A stretch of DNA of 64,000 nt from Azolla caroliniana (GCA_043228905.1 JBHGNT010000006.1:13764001-13828000), one strand, 5' to 3'; counted from the stretch's first letter, positions 13,290 through 27,103 are shown. Numbers and translations: made by a program. Notes: generated by a model from the sequence alone, not told the origin.

Positions 13290-13689
13290 TGGTTCGACTT
13301 CTTCTTCTGTTGTCTGTTATTCGGGATCGGGCTGTGTGTGCGCTGTGCGTCGGATCGCTCTTCTGTGCTTCTGCGCCTGTGTGTAGGAAAATTCGTAAAA
13401 AGTAAGTCCTTCGCAGGCCTGTGTCTTATATAGTGGCTTTTGCCTCGAGCCGCCCTTTTTCATCTCCCGCGCATGTTCATCTCCCGCCATAATTAGTATG
13501 TCCTTTCTTGCTTGCCGCGTGTGAGTGCCCACGTTCCATGCTTTAAATAGCAAGTACGCGCACGTCCTTCTTTACTGCATGGCGCCTCTTCGTTGCATGG
13601 TGGCGCTCCCACCTCTTGTGATCTCCCCATCACTACTATGATTTTTTTATTTTTATTTTTATTTATTTTTTCTGTTTTTTTGGACCACG

Positions 13690-16600
13690 TCATTTTCTGG
13701 TCCCCCCCGATTTGTTCGGGTCGGTTCGTGCTGATACCGGATCCTTCTGTCGGTTTTCCGGGATAGTCTTTGTCAGTATCGGTGTCGGTTCTTCCTCGGT
13801 CCGGATATCTGCAACAGCGTCTGTCGGTGTCGGTTCCTCCTCGGTCCGGATATCTTCAGCAGCGTCTGTCGGTCTCGGTTCCACATCTTGCCGGACTTCC
13901 GGGTTTTGCTTGAATGGGTTGGCTGGCATATTCCCCTTATACGGCTTTAGCCGAAACCCATTTGCCCACTTACCGATGACATCTCCAGACAACGTGCCGA
14001 GCTGATATGACCCATTGTACTCCTTGGTGATCCAGAACGGTCCGGTCCACCGAAACCGCAACTTTCCCGGCATGTTCCCCATCCGTGTCTGGAATAGTAG
14101 CACCGGTTTCCCGACTTCAAACTCCTTTTCGTTGCCACGCCGGTGTCGGTCCACGAAAGCTTTTCTCCTCCTTTGCTCCAGTTCGAGTTGTAGTAAGCTG
14201 GCTATTCGGTTTTCTTCTAATTCCAACAATGTCGCCAGCCGGATTCGTTCGGACTCCTTCTCACTTAAGCGCTCCTTTACCTGGATCCGTAAGCTGGGGA
14301 TCTGGAACTCTACCGGCATGACCGCTTCTAAACCGAATGCTAGTCGGAACGGGGTAGTCCGGATGCTGGTTTTGTACGTTGTTCGGTACGCCCATAGCGC
14401 GCTTTGCAATTTCGTATCCCAGTCGGTCTGGTTCTCGTTGACGATTTTTCGTAGGATGTTCTGCAGAGTTTTGTTCGTTGATTCCGCTAGTCCATTGGCT
14501 TGAGGGTAGTAGGGAGTACTCCTTTTATCTACCACCGCGTAAAATGACGTCAGGCTTTCTACTACCTGCTCGAGAAAATGTCCTCCTAGGTCACTTATAA
14601 GCTCAATCGGGCATCCATACCGGCACCATATGCACTCGTACAGAAACTTTGTCGTGGACGCGGCGGTGTTGTCCCGTAAGGCCTTTGCTTCTACCCATTT
14701 GGTGCAATAGTCGGTCGCCACTATGACATACCGATTTCCGGTTCGCATTGCCGGTGGCTTGAAGGGACCGACAAAGTCCAAACCCCACTTTTGAAACGGT
14801 TCCAATGGCAAGACCGGGTGGTGTGGCATCCGAGCCTGCTCCGTGGGTTGGCCCAGTCGTTGACACAAATCGCATTCTCTGCTATACTTCACGGCATCTT
14901 TTAGGGTGGTGGGCCACCACAGTCCGCTCTGCCATATTTTCCAAGCGGTTGCATCGCCGGCATAATGCCCTCCGGCAATTCCACAGTGGGCTTCCCTGAG
15001 GATTAAATCCTTCTCATCGCTCCACACTGCTCGTCTCCAGATGCCATCTGCCCCCTTGTGATAGAGGCTATCTCCAACCAAGCAGAAATGTCTGCTTCTT
15101 ACTGCTACCCTTTTCCTTTCATCGCGGTCCATGTTCTCCGGGGGTACTCCGGTGCTCAGGAACTGATGCATCTCAGTTAGCCACGTGTCTTCATCGGCTA
15201 CCGTTGCATCCGTTTCCGGTTTCGTCGTGATCCGGAACAACTCGATGTCGGGGAACTCATCCTGGACGCCGTCCCCTGCTTCTCCGGATTCGAGTCTGCT
15301 TAGGTAGTCCGCTACCGCATGCTGTGCCCCGAGTCGGTGGAAAATGTCGAATTCAAATTCCTGTAACAGCAGTGTCCATCGTGCAATTTTTCCCGTCAGG
15401 GATGCCTTCGAGACTAGGTAGAGTAGTGCCGAATGGTCGATATGGAAGGAAAATTTCCTTCCGAGCAGATAGTGCCTGTACTTTGTGACACTATACACTA
15501 TTCCCAATGCCTCGCGTTCCGTCGTAGAGTAGTTCCATTCGGCTTTTGAGAGTTTCCGGCTTGTGTATTACACCGGTCGGTACCATTTCGGCTCCGTGAG
15601 TTGCATCAGAACGCTGCCGATTGCTACGTCCGACGCGTCGACGAAGACGGGAAAGCTTTTACTCCAATCCGGCGGTTGCACCACCGGAGCTTGCGACAGC
15701 ATAACCTTCAACGCTTGGTAGGCTTCCTCCTCCGTCTCCGCCCATAGGAAGGGTACCCTGTGTACGGCGGTATGGAATGGTGTAGGGAAGTCTGCGAGGT
15801 GCCATATCATCCGGCTATGCCACCTTATTTGGCCCAGGAACCGGCTTAAAGCCTTTGCGTTATTTGGTGCTGGTGCCTCGAGAATCGCCTTGACTTTATC
15901 CGGATCTACCGCGATTCCTTCCTTACTCACCACGTGCCCTAGTAAGTTGCCGCTTGCCACTCCAAAGACGCACTTGGCCGGGTTCAGGCTCAATCGGTAC
16001 TCGCGGCACTTCTCCAAGCACAGCCGGAGGTGATTGAGATGCTCTCCGTGCCGGCTGTAGACCGCGAAATCGTCAAGGAAGACCTGCATAAAACCGGGGA
16101 TATATTCCCCGAAAATTTCCATTATTATCCTTTGAAAGGTCGCTGGAGCCGTCTTTAGTCCGAACATCCTCACGACCGCGATGAACACTCCCCATTCCGT
16201 AACGAACGTTGTCTTCTCCTGGTCGGCCGGGTTCATTCGTATTTGGTTGTAGCCGCTAAATCCATCCAGGAAGCTGTAAACTTCGTGGCCGGGTACCGCA
16301 TCTAACACCCCGTCCGTAAATGGTAGTGGAAACGCATCGGTCACTGTTGCAGCATTTAGTTTGTGGTAGTCCACGCATTTTGTCGTTCTTTTTCGGGACC
16401 ACCACTATCGGACTCAGCCAGGTTGCCTGCTTGACCGGTCGGATAAATCCGACCCGGAGGAGCTTATCAATCTCCTCCTTCACCTTCGCCGCATAATTCG
16501 GATTCAGCCCTTGCATGTCTTCGTACGACCACGCGAACACATCCTTGAAGTCTGTTAATAATGCTACCATTGCCTTCTTTTCTTCCTTCGGCAATTCCTT

Positions 16601-18070
16601 TGCGACATTTACCGGTCGGGGCTTGTCTATTGTCGGTCCACCTCCTCTAGTTGGGATGCTTTTACCCTCTGGGATATCGTCATTTCCCTCTCTAGGGATT
16701 CCTACGCTTGTCGCAGTTCCCGGATCGCCGCTTGGTCCGGTTCGTCCCGCGTCGTAATGTACGGTTCTACTACCGCCGGGATATCCACCTCAAATAGTGG
16801 GACGATTCGTGGGTGTTCCTCAAGGTACCGCTCGACTTCCTCGTTCGGTAATCCCTCCAACATGTTGATGCTTTCCCGCATACAATGGAGTTGCTTCCTT
16901 ACTGGCGATCACCCGTGGTTGTGTCGTTACTCGTACCTTTGTTTTCCCTCGCCGGAATATGATCATGTTCTTTTGCCAGTTCTGCTTGATATGCGCCGTT
17001 CGCAGCCATGGTCGTCCTAGCAGTAGGGGGTACGCGCCTTGTACATTGAGCTGCAACACCACGACCGATATCCGGAATACGTGGCCTCCGATCGTTACTT
17101 CCAAATCCGGGATAAGCCCGGTCGGTCGGACTAAGCTGGTATCCGCCATGCGTAACCAGAAGGGGCATGGTTCCCATTCCCGGATGCCCAGGTTATCGCA
17201 TGTCTGTCGGCTGATGACATTTACCCCGGAGCCTCCGTCAATAATCGTTCCAGCAATTTCCTTTCCTTTCACGATTGCCGTGATCGCCGGGCTACTTGTA
17301 TCGACCACCGCTGGTCCTTCCTCCGAGTTGGAGAAGAATGCCGGTGCTGGCGTCGGCTTCGGTTTGCTCATGGATGCCTGTAAGTCTGCCGTAAACCGTG
17401 GCACCAACTCTAGTAGCCGTGCTAACGGCAACACGATTTGACAGTCCTGTAGCGCTTGCCACGTCGGGTTTTCTCCTGGCTGTATGATTTCTTCGTCTTT
17501 TGGCATATTTTGGTCTCTTACTTCTGCCGCATTCTGTTCATTGGCCTCCTTGATCCATTGCGCCGCTTGTTTTCTGATTGCCTCCTGGGCTTCCCACTCG
17601 GCGGTCTTTCCCTTTGATCGGGTTGTGACCTGCTGTACTTCTGTTATTTCGGCTGTAACCATGTTGACTGCCGGCTGCTTGTCATTGGTTTTGCTTGGGC
17701 ATTGGTTACTATAATGGCCTTCCTTACGGCAGTAATAACAGTACACCTTGTGACTGTTGCTCATTTCTCCTTTGTCCCCGGTTTGGAGGGTGGGTATGCT
17801 TCGGCGGTCGTCTTCGGTTTTTCGGTTATCCGGTACCGATACCGGATTGTCATTCCTTGCTGCCTCCCGACGTTCCTCTCTTTGGAAAAATCCCTTGTCG
17901 CCTCTCTTCTCTGCGTCGTTCGTATTCCGGGGATTCGTCTCGGTCGTACCGGTCCTGGGGGTAGCTATCTCTGCGTTTCTCCTCTCGGTCATAGTTATCG
18001 CGTCTTCTATCAGCGTATCTGTTACTGTGTTCACGTTGGTAGCGGTCGTCTCTCCGGAATCGATCCTCAT
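13690..18070 (-). pseudogene. pol: A1 pol: protease, RT, RNase H, integrase (frameshifted, with deletions)
   Basis: IIDGGSGVN, FLDGFSGYNQI, FLDD, VDASD, VADYLSRL, HHCC, WGLDFVGPF, KLRFRWTGPF. Confidence 0.95.
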
Positions 18071-18119
18071 CCGGGTTCTGATTGCGCAGTTCTATGTGTC
18101 GAACCGGTGCTGCCTGCCG

Positions 18120-19460
18120 ATTTAACAGGTTATATTCGCATCGGTCCGTTGTATGGGCTCAAGAGTTGCAGATCATACATTGTGTCCGCAGGGTGCAGTC
18201 TACTGTTGAGTGGCCCGAATTTAGGCATGTTGTGCATTGTAAGGCCTGTCGGAACCTCAGGTCTTCCTCCTTCGGGAGTGCCCGGTGTAACATCCCCATC
18301 GACAAGAGGGAGCTAGTCTTCTCCATTTCTAAGACCCGATCAATAACTTGGTCCATTGTGCTGGTGTAGAAATCAAGGACTCCGCACATTGTTCGAAGTG
18401 GCTCTTTCAGCGCGGCCAAAAAGACTGCTTTGGCTTCGTCTTCGGGTGGTGCTCTCGTCAGTTGGTTGTGCAGGGTCTGAAACCGAATGATGAATTGTGG
18501 CACAGTCTCGTTCTCTTCCTACCGGGTGGTGTAGAACTGCCCGACCAATTCCCTTTGCTCAACTTGTCTGTGAAAAAGCCTGAGGAATTTGGCCTTCAAG
18601 GCATCGAATGTGGCAAAGCTGGCCGGTAAGTGCTTTGTGTGCCATCGGGCTGCCGGTCCTTCTAAGGTCATGCCGAATTCGGCGACTTTGGATCGTTCGG
18701 CTTCGGGCTCCGTCAGTCTTTGGGAGACATGGTTGGCTTCCCATGTTTGGAGGAATGCGTACACGTGTGCCTCCGCGTCGGGCTCATCCCGGTACTTTGG
18801 GTATGGGTACGGCATCGTGTCGTCCAATTGACTCTCTTGCTTTCTCCGCTCTCTGTCCGCTGTTGGCGTCGGTGTGAGAACCTTTGGTTCCTCCGCGGTT
18901 GGTGCCGGTATCCGCTCCTTCAGTTCCTCTGCGGGTGTTGCCGGTGTCCGGTCCTTTGGTTCCTCCGCGGGTGTTGTAGGTATCCGCTCCTTCGGTTCCT
19001 TCGCGGGTGTAGTCGGTATCCCGTCAGCCTCCCTCGGCGATTGCTGGTCACCGAACTCCAAGGTTATTTCTTCCTCTGGCTCCAGTGTTACTGAGTCTTC
19101 CGACCCCTCTTCCCCCGGGTCGTTTGGTGTGTCGTGGCTGCTTTTATACCGGGACGCAACGCTTCCGTCGCTTTCCGACTCCGCCTCAAGTGTTGCGAAT
19201 GCTTCTGAGTCCCCGTCGCCCCCGGCGAGCGTCTGTAGTATCGTTTCCGCCTCTTGCAGGCTTGTTATGCTACTGCCTTCGTCGGGGACTTGCAGAACCC
19301 GGAACTGCAGTGCTTCTTCTGCGACTCTCCGAAGAGTTCTGGAGAATGACCGATCTCGCCGGATCTCGTCGACGACTTGCTGCAGGGCTTCCCGTCGTTT
19401 CTCTCGTTCGGTGTATCGTCTCCCTCGTTCGGTGATGTGGTCATCGTTTGGTCTAGACAT
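18120..19460 (-). pseudogene. gag: A1 gag with 36-bp tandem repeats (~18860-19030) and CCHC knuckles
   Basis: Capsid-like FGMTLEGPAARWH...FLRLF; CTTCLNSGH and CMICNS.AH; PTTPAEEPKER repeats. Confidence 0.85.
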
Positions 19461-19496
19461 CCATCCCCCGGTTGTCCTCTGCACTTTGCAGGAATC

Positions 19497-19506
19497 GTGG
19501 TCGCCA
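19497..19506 (-). other. A1 canonical PBS TGGCGACCAC (tRNA-Arg type)
   Basis: 6 nt inside the 5' LTR, starts TGG; matches the recalled plant tRNA-Arg(UCG) 3' end over 10 nt. Confidence 0.7.
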
Positions 19507-19903
19507 AAATAGTGTTGTCTGCCTGGCCGGACTAGCCTCAACACAGGTGTCTATCCGACACTTCTCCAATGGGGTGGTAAGGATTGGATGCTAGGTTACA
19601 CGCGTAAGATGATTACAATTAAGCACAGACGGTAAAAAAATACAGAGATACAGATAAACACACAATAATTCTATTTGTATTACTTCCGTCAAAACCTTTA
19701 CAAATCATCGGATCCTTTTATAGGCATCCGGCAGGGTTACAATCGGTGCGCTTAGGCAACCGGCATCCAAATCGGTCCGGATCCGGATCGGTACAACTGT
19801 ACCGGATCCGTCCCTCTGAATAATAATTATACTATTATTTACTTCCTATTATCCGATCCGACTCCGCCTTCCCACTTGTTCTTGCTCTTCTGACCGGTCA
19901 ACA

Positions 19904-21985
19904 AACATGGTCTTTATGCAAAGTTGGAAAAATGTAGTTTCGGGTGCAACCAGGTGGAATTTCTCGCCTATGTCATTTCCTCAAAAGGCATCTCCTTGGA
20001 CCTAGCTAAGATCAAAATGGTGGTAGGATGGCAGACTCCGCGTTCAGTGCGGGATGTACAATACTTTCTAGGCTTTGGCAGTTTTTACCGGAAGTTTATA
20101 AAGGATTACTCAAAGCTCGTTTTGCCTCTTACACAACTTACTAGGAAGGGACAATCGTTCGTTTGGTCTAAAGAAGCGGACATGGCTTTTGAGAATCTTA
20201 AACAGGCATTTACATCGGCTCCGATTCTAGCTCACGTTGATGTAGAAAAACCATTCATCATTGAAGCGGACGCATCGGATTTTGCATTGGGGAGCATTCT
20301 ATCACAACGAGGTAATGATGAAAAGCTACATCCTGTGGCTTTTCACTCACGCAAGTTTGACACCGTTGAAATCAACTACGAAATTCATGATAAAGAGCTA
20401 TTGGCTATAGTGGACTCTTTTATGCAATGGAGGCATTTTCTAGAGGGATCTTCTCATCAAGTCACTGTATTCAGTGACCACAAAAACCTCGCCTATTTTC
20501 AAAACGCTCGTGTGTTAAATCGACGTCAAGCTCGGTGGGCCCATTTTCTCACGTGTTTCAACTTCAAGATTACATATCGACCTAGGAAGCAGATGCATTA
20601 TCACGGCGTTCGTACCGAGCACCACGTCCCAACGAGCCAGCTTTCGATAACCAAAAGCAAGTAATCTTGGGACCGGCACGACTGCAAGCAACACAAGTCT
20701 TTGGCATGCCCATGGATTCCCACGTTATCAATATCATACGTGTGGACCCGAAGACAGATGCTTTCACCCAAGCTATACTAGCACAAATTGATCCCTCTCG
20801 AGCGTCGTGTTCACAGTCGCAACCACCAGGTACGGACTATCGGCAATTCAAATACCATGATGGATTACTCTTCTTTAAAGAACTTTTGTATGTTCCTAAT
20901 GGTTCTTGCGGCCTTCGAGTATTACAAAACTGTCATGACACATATACAACTGGGCATTTTGGTAGTACTAAAACATTAGATTTAGTACAACGATCATTCT
21001 GGTGGCCCCATATGCGACAATTTGTTGAAGATTTTGTTCGGACTTGTGATATATGTTGGAGAGCGAAAATGCCAAGGCATCATCCATATGGTTCCATCAC
21101 CAATTCCAAGCAAGTCGTGGCAATCCATTGCTCTAGACTTCATCACAGATCTTCCTGTCTCTAAGGGGTTCAATGCGATTCTAACAGTGGTAGATCGATA
21201 TACGAAGATGGCTCATTTCTTGCCATGTACTAAGGAAATCTCCAGTGAAGACACCGCCGAAATTGTCATGCGTGAAGTATGTCGGCACCATGGACTTCCC
21301 GATAGTATCATCAGCGACCGTGAACCCCAGTTCGTGTCAAAATTCTGGAAGCACCTTTTCAAAATGCTCAAGGTCACTTGTAACCTCTCCTCCGGCTACC
21401 ACCCACAAACCGACAGCCAAGCCGAACGAACCAATCAAACGTTGGAGCAGTATCTGTGGTGCTTTCTTAGCTATCATGAGGATGACTGGGCATATATTCT
21501 CCACGTCGCCGAATTTGCCTATAATAAATCTATCCACGCATCGACTAAAGTTACACCATTTTATGCTTCTACAGAATGTCACCCCTGGTGTTGTGTACTT
21601 GAAACCCCCGAGCTGTCCACAAATCCTTGCGCTGAGGATCGTTTGGAGTGGTTACGCAAGATACAAGCGGATTTATCTACTCATCTCCAACAAGCTCAAC
21701 AAACATACAAGGTTTTGTTGGGATTTACGGTTGATTCGCAACAGGTTTATGCAGATCGTCATCGACTCCCATCCAATTTTAACATTGGAGATCGGGTATG
21801 GCTACTACGATGACACATCAGGACTACTCGCCCATGCGAGAAGTTGGATTATCAGCGATTAGGTCCTTTCCGTATTATAGGAAAGATTAATGATGTCGCT
21901 TTTCGTCTCGATCTACCTCTGCAACTTCGGATACATCTGGTGTTTCATAGTTCTCTCCTCGAACCGTATCAAGAGAGCACCATCC
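19904..21985 (+). pseudogene. pol: C1 pol continued (RT C-part, RNase H, integrase)
   Basis: [35 protein letters not shown]. Ends at CATCC 21981-21985. Confidence 0.92.
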
Positions 21986-24900
21986 TGTTATACCCTTCGG
22001 TTGTGGTGTGCTTCCTTCCGTAGGTACGCGAACCTTGGTACGTCCGTGTCGGAAACTAATACACTTGTGTTGCCAGCTCTGCTTGATATTTGCTGCCCGA
22101 AGCCATGGTCTGCCCAGAAGCACTGGGTACGCCCCTGGGGCGTCCAAGGTGAGGACAACCGCCGAGATGTCGAATCTTTGTCCGCCCACAATAATGCCTA
22201 TTTTGCGAATTAACCCTAATGGTCGTACTAAGCGGGTACCTACCATTCGGAGCCAGAATGGGCAAGGCTAATTACATTGACGCCTGAGCCGCCGTCGATT
22301 ACGCATTCAGGAATTTCTTGTCCGTGTAATATTAATGTAATAGCCAGGTTGTGTTGATCCACTACTGGCGGTCCACTGCTAACGTCTGTAAGGTTTGTAG
22401 CGATACTCACCTCGGGTATGCCTGTCACCCATTCTTCCATGGTCTGGCGGAAGCATGGGACTAGTTGTGTTGGGAGACAGGTCCCTCCGGATGGGAAGGG
22501 AGAAGAACAGTGCCGATGAACAAACTCGGCCGAGGCCGATCTCGGCTGGAACCGGATGAGGAGTACCCGGCTACGGAGAGCCGGATGGTGCAGACCCGGT
22601 GACAACCGGATGAGGAGTACCCGGCTACGAAGAGCCGGATGGTGCATACCCGGTGAGAACCGGATGAGGAGTACCCGTCTACGGAGAGCCGGATGTTGCA
22701 GACCCGGTGAGAACCGGATGAGGAGTACCCGGCTACGGAGAGCCGGATGTTGCAGACCCGGTAAGAACCGGATGAAGAGACATATTCGTAAATATGTTTC
22801 TGAGAGTCCATCATGGCTATATTTGTAAATAGCCGAAAAGTCATATTAGTATAAATATGACTTAGGGAAAACTTTTAGTAGCAGTTGTCATTCTTGTTGG
22901 TGCAAGGAGAGAGAGAGCGCGTAACTGTGTACAGAGAGAGACAGAGAGAGAAAGAGGTTGTTGCCTCTATTATAACCGCCGCCTGTGGCGAGGATCGTGA
23001 GCACGAGGTCATTGCCTCCGTGAACTCACTGTTGTACATTCTAACATAGTGATAGTTTGCAGCCTGTGGGCTGCCGTGGTTTTTCCCTTAGTTTGGGTTT
23101 TCCACGTAAACATCCTGCGTACTCGTCTCTTCTTCGTGTCGTTCATTATTTCCCGTTTTCTTTGTATGATTCTAAGCTCGGTTGTGGCCGAGCGTTGTGT
23201 ATAGGGAGCGTGCAGTTCCCGTCAAGTTGCAAAAGTTTCTCCATGGTTAACGTTATCTCACAGCTCGCTAACGCCTACCAAATGGGGTCTGGGACCGGTC
23301 TTTCGTCCTCTGCTCGCTCCATTGTGTTCGCGGACTCCTTCCGCATACGTTTCGTATTTTTCGCGTTTGCTTTTTCCACCCACGCTTGGGCTTGTCGGCG
23401 TACCTCGTCTTGGGCAGCCCAATCAACCGTTTTTGTTTGTTGGCGTGCCGCGACTTGCTGCACATCCGCCGTAATCGTATTGACAATGAGCCCCTTTCCC
23501 TTGCGTGGTGGGCATTGCGTGGCTTAATGTCCGGGTTGCTGACAAATAAAACAATGGATGCTTGATTCACGCTTCTCGGCTCCTGGTGATGTGTGCCGCT
23601 CCCCTGGTGCTACTTGCTCCTCGCGGTCCGGCCTCGTTTGTCGGAATGTACGCGGTGGCTGCTGTTGGTCCCGTTGTTGTTCCTAGTGCCGCTCATCCCC
23701 TGAGCTTTCGTCGTAACGCCGGTGATCTCGATATTGCCGTGGCTTACCAAGATAACCATTGAAGCCGTCCTGTTTGTTTGTCGTCCGTTGATTCTCCTAG
23801 CGCCGACCCCCTTTGACGTAACTCGGATGTCCATGATAATCCTCGTCCTCTGGATCGTCCTCCTCAGAATCGTTGTGATTTCGGCGATTTCGGTGGTACC
23901 GGTCCTCCCGTGGGTTGCGATCCTTATACCAGGGTCAGACTTCTTGCCTCCTTTGTTCAGTCTGGTGTGGTTGACGCTGTGTGTCCATGCTGCGGACTGC
24001 GAGAGTGGCTCTGTTTAACATATTGTATTCGCATTGGTCGATTGTGTGAGCCTTTGAGTGGCAGATTGGGCAGTGGATTCGCACATTGCAGTCCACTGCG
24101 GAATGCCCCGAGTTCAAGCAAATCGTGCACTGGATTGCTTGAAGAAACTGGCGTTCCTCATCCTGAGGTAACGCTTGTTGTATGGAGGACATAGAAAACC
24201 TTTCCTCCTCGTCATCCAGCTCGAGTTGTAACGCTCGTTCAATTACCATATCCGTTGTTTCGCCTTTCACGCTATTGTTGTTGAGCGTTGCTCGGATGGG
24301 CCAACGTAAAGCTGCCAGAAATGCTTCCCGAGCCTCGTCCTCCGTGGGGCTCCATTCCAGTTTCCGTCGTAAATTTTGGAAACTTAAGCTGAAGTCTGCT
24401 ATTGTCTCGGTCGGTAGTTGTTTAATCGTATAAAACTGTCTGAGGATTTCGCGTTGTGGAACCCTCCGATGGAAGAATCGCAAGAAAGCGGACTGTAGCT
24501 GATCGAAGGTTGTTATTACTGGTAAATCCATCAGTGAATGCCAATACTCCGCTCGCCCATTTAATGGTAACCTGAACTGCGTCATTTTCGATTGGTGTGC
24601 TACAACCTCCGAAAGGCTCTGCGCCATGTGGTTCGCATTCCAGACATTCAGGAACATCCGAATATGAGTTGCGGCATCGGTTTCGCCGTTAAAGCCGGGG
24701 TAGGCAAAGGCCATGGTGGGGGCTACAGTGGGTCGGGAAAGACCACCGGGTGGCTGTGGTGAGTGTAGTCCCCGCGTCTCGTCGAGGTATTTGGAGAGCG
24801 AAGAATCACCTTTGTACTCACGGTAGGTAGTACTGAGGTTGCTGAGGCGCGGCTTTTGCCGTGTGCGTTCTTTTGCCTGGCGTGTGACAGACCTTGTTAT

Positions 24901-25260
24901 TGGCCAGTCTTGTCGTGTTGGTTCTCTGGGGCGTCTACGTCTAAACATCCATTCCTCATTGTTCGTCTGTGAGAAGACACAGATCACCAAGCGTGACAAA
25001 AGTGTTGCCGATTAGGAACACGGTCCGCAGTCAGTCCTTCAACCTAGACCTCCAAGTGGGTGTGGAACAACGAATAGGCGTCTAAGCGTAACGCGTAGGG
25101 GAATGTTCCTTGTAACCTATCAGCGTATAATGGAGACGACTACAACTGAATCCCTAGCAAAGGTTACACTTACGTTCTTACACGCTTAGGTCTTCAAGAC
25201 ACACAGAGTGGATTAGTCGTAGCTATACACAGAGAATCAGAGAATCAGAGAAGATAGAAT
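21986..25260 (-). mobile_element. Truncated family B element B1: partial 5' LTR (25003-25260), degenerate PBS (24985-24998), gag, protease
   Basis: Gag ORF 24999-23935 homologous to A1 gag; VIDGGSGVN; LLGRPWLR; LTR matches 43529-43967. Confidence 0.88.
22468..23224 (+). repeat. Solo copia-type LTR, TSD AGTTG, with four 54-bp tandem repeats (~22549-22776)
   Basis: AGTTG at 22463-22467 and 23225-23229; start resembles the LTR at 46567; removal restores B1 reading EKLLQLVP. Confidence 0.88.
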
Positions 25261-26340
25261 TGAGTGGAGCGATGAGGGCTCGTTGGCGGCAAGGCCGGTC
25301 CCGGCGAGGGAGCTCGAGGAGTCGGTGTCGGTTCTGGCTAGGAAGGAAGAAACTCAGAGTTGGCTTGAGACGGGCTTAGCCACGAGCGGAGTGGTCAAAG
25401 GTCCCTCCGGAGGCGCGACTCTAGAAGAGCTGTCCTAGATGGTGCGAGATCTCCAAATCGCACAAGCCCGGAGGGACAACGGCGAACAATCTCGTGACCG
25501 AAGGCTGCCGGCAGGGCAGCGGTGCATGTGGTGCGATGCGGTCGGCCACATCTAGAAAGAATGCACGGATTTGGTTGAGGCACTCAGGACCAACGTGGTG
25601 TACCTCTAGAATGAGCGGGTGCACGCGAGCGAGACCCGGAAAGCCCTAGAGTTGAATACGGAGCGCGGCGGGATGAAGCGGTTGATGGAAGAGGCCACGA
25701 CACAACAAGCAGAGGCCGTTAACTACTCAGCGTTAGCAAGAATCCGGGTCGGGGGCGATGAGGCCCGGAAAGCGAAGGACTCCGGATTCTGGCCACTGGT
25801 GCTAGAGGGTCTCTCTGGGGTACGACTGAAGAAGGAAGAGGCAGACCGCGCGGAACAGCGGATCCCGGAGGTCACCGGATGGGACGACCCGATGGAAGAA
25901 AAGACTGGCTTCGTGGCTGCTGCATGCCAGAACTATGAGGTTCTGGTAGAAGACAAGCGCGCGGGAAAGGCTGGAGGGGGCGGCCCCTCGTAGCGGTACG
26001 AGACCCGGTTTGGACCGAAGCCGAATGAGGCCACCAACGCCAGCGCACCAGAAAAGAAGAAGCAGGATGGTTTCCGGATGACCACCGAAATCGAACGAAC
26101 AACGGACCTGCGGAAGGTCCTGGAAGAGAGAATTCTCGATAGCAAGGTCGAGTTGTCGTTACGGGAGGTACTGGGAATCGCCAAGGAGTTCCATGACTCC
26201 ATCGTGGACTTGGTGAAGTGGAAGAGGCTCTCGACAGAGCTGGAACTGTAGAGGCCTGTGGAAGTGCGGACAACGCACTTAGAAGACACGGCCCTAGAGG
26301 ATGAGTTGGCGGAAAGCCACTACGCGAAGCCGCATTGGGG
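25261..26340 (+). pseudogene. gag: P gag C-terminal region (inverted relative to its 5' LTR)
   Basis: LEELS.MVRDLQI, CMWCDAVGH knuckle, DLRKVLEERILDSKVELSLREVLGIAK. Confidence 0.7.
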
Positions 26341-27103
26341 ATTTTTAGAGAGGGCTATCAAGGCGTGGGGCCGCGATAGTCCGGACACCCCGCAAGAACC
26401 CCACACATGTATTATAGGTAGGAAATTTTGGCTCTCCGAAAACGGAGGTTATACGTTAACTATCAGGAATAGTACTAAAGCAGAGATGGAATTAGTACTA
26501 AGAAGAGTAGTACTATTAGTACTAAGAGGACGGGACTGCATAAGTGTCATGATAACAGTCACATCATGCATCGAAAGGATCATGACACTCACATTATGAC
26601 TCGAAAGGATTTGAACCCACGACCTTGTTGTACACATGTCAAATCCTTAACCATTGTATTAATATTCTTATATGTATAGTCTCTAGAATATGAAATCTAA
26701 TATCATAGGAATATTCTATATTACTCTACATTCTAGAATGACCTAGAATATTCTAGAGTGTTCTATACCACTAGAACCTTCTAGAATACTATAGAGATCT
26801 TCTAGATTACTCTACACTCTAGGATAACCTAGAATATTCTAGAGAGTTCTCTATTACTTATAAATAGGGATCTACCACCCATCCCAAACTTAAATTGGTT
26901 CAACGCCATTTTGTAGCCTACTCTTTGTAATCCAATTTACGCTTCAATATAATAATTCTCTTTCAATTATCTCTCTATCTCTTTTTCTCTCTCTTTCTCT
27001 CTCTCAGTCTTGACAGTTTGAACCAATTTTTTTCCTTTCATCTCTTCGTCTTCCACAAACCCTAACAAGTTCTCTTCTTCCTTCTCCTCTCCCCTCATAA
27101 GCT

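Larger units (their letters stand above)
9934..19903 (-). mobile_element. Full-length Athila-like Ty3/gypsy element A1 with extra 3' ORF, TSD AACAT
   Basis: 391-bp LTRs at 9934-10324 and 19513-19903 (about 17 differences by eye); AACAT at 9929-9933 and 19904-19908; interrupts the C1 RT. Confidence 0.95.

Noticed and set aside
9934-19903. Reading A1 in the + orientation with 10327 as its ordinary PBS
   Set aside because: gag-pol, the TATA box and a PBS directly upstream of gag are all on the minus strand, and there is no PPT at the other end either.
22549-22776. Regular repeat array resembling a CRISPR or repeat-protein gene
   Set aside because: Contiguous 54-bp units with no unique spacers, inside a solo LTR; no cas genes.
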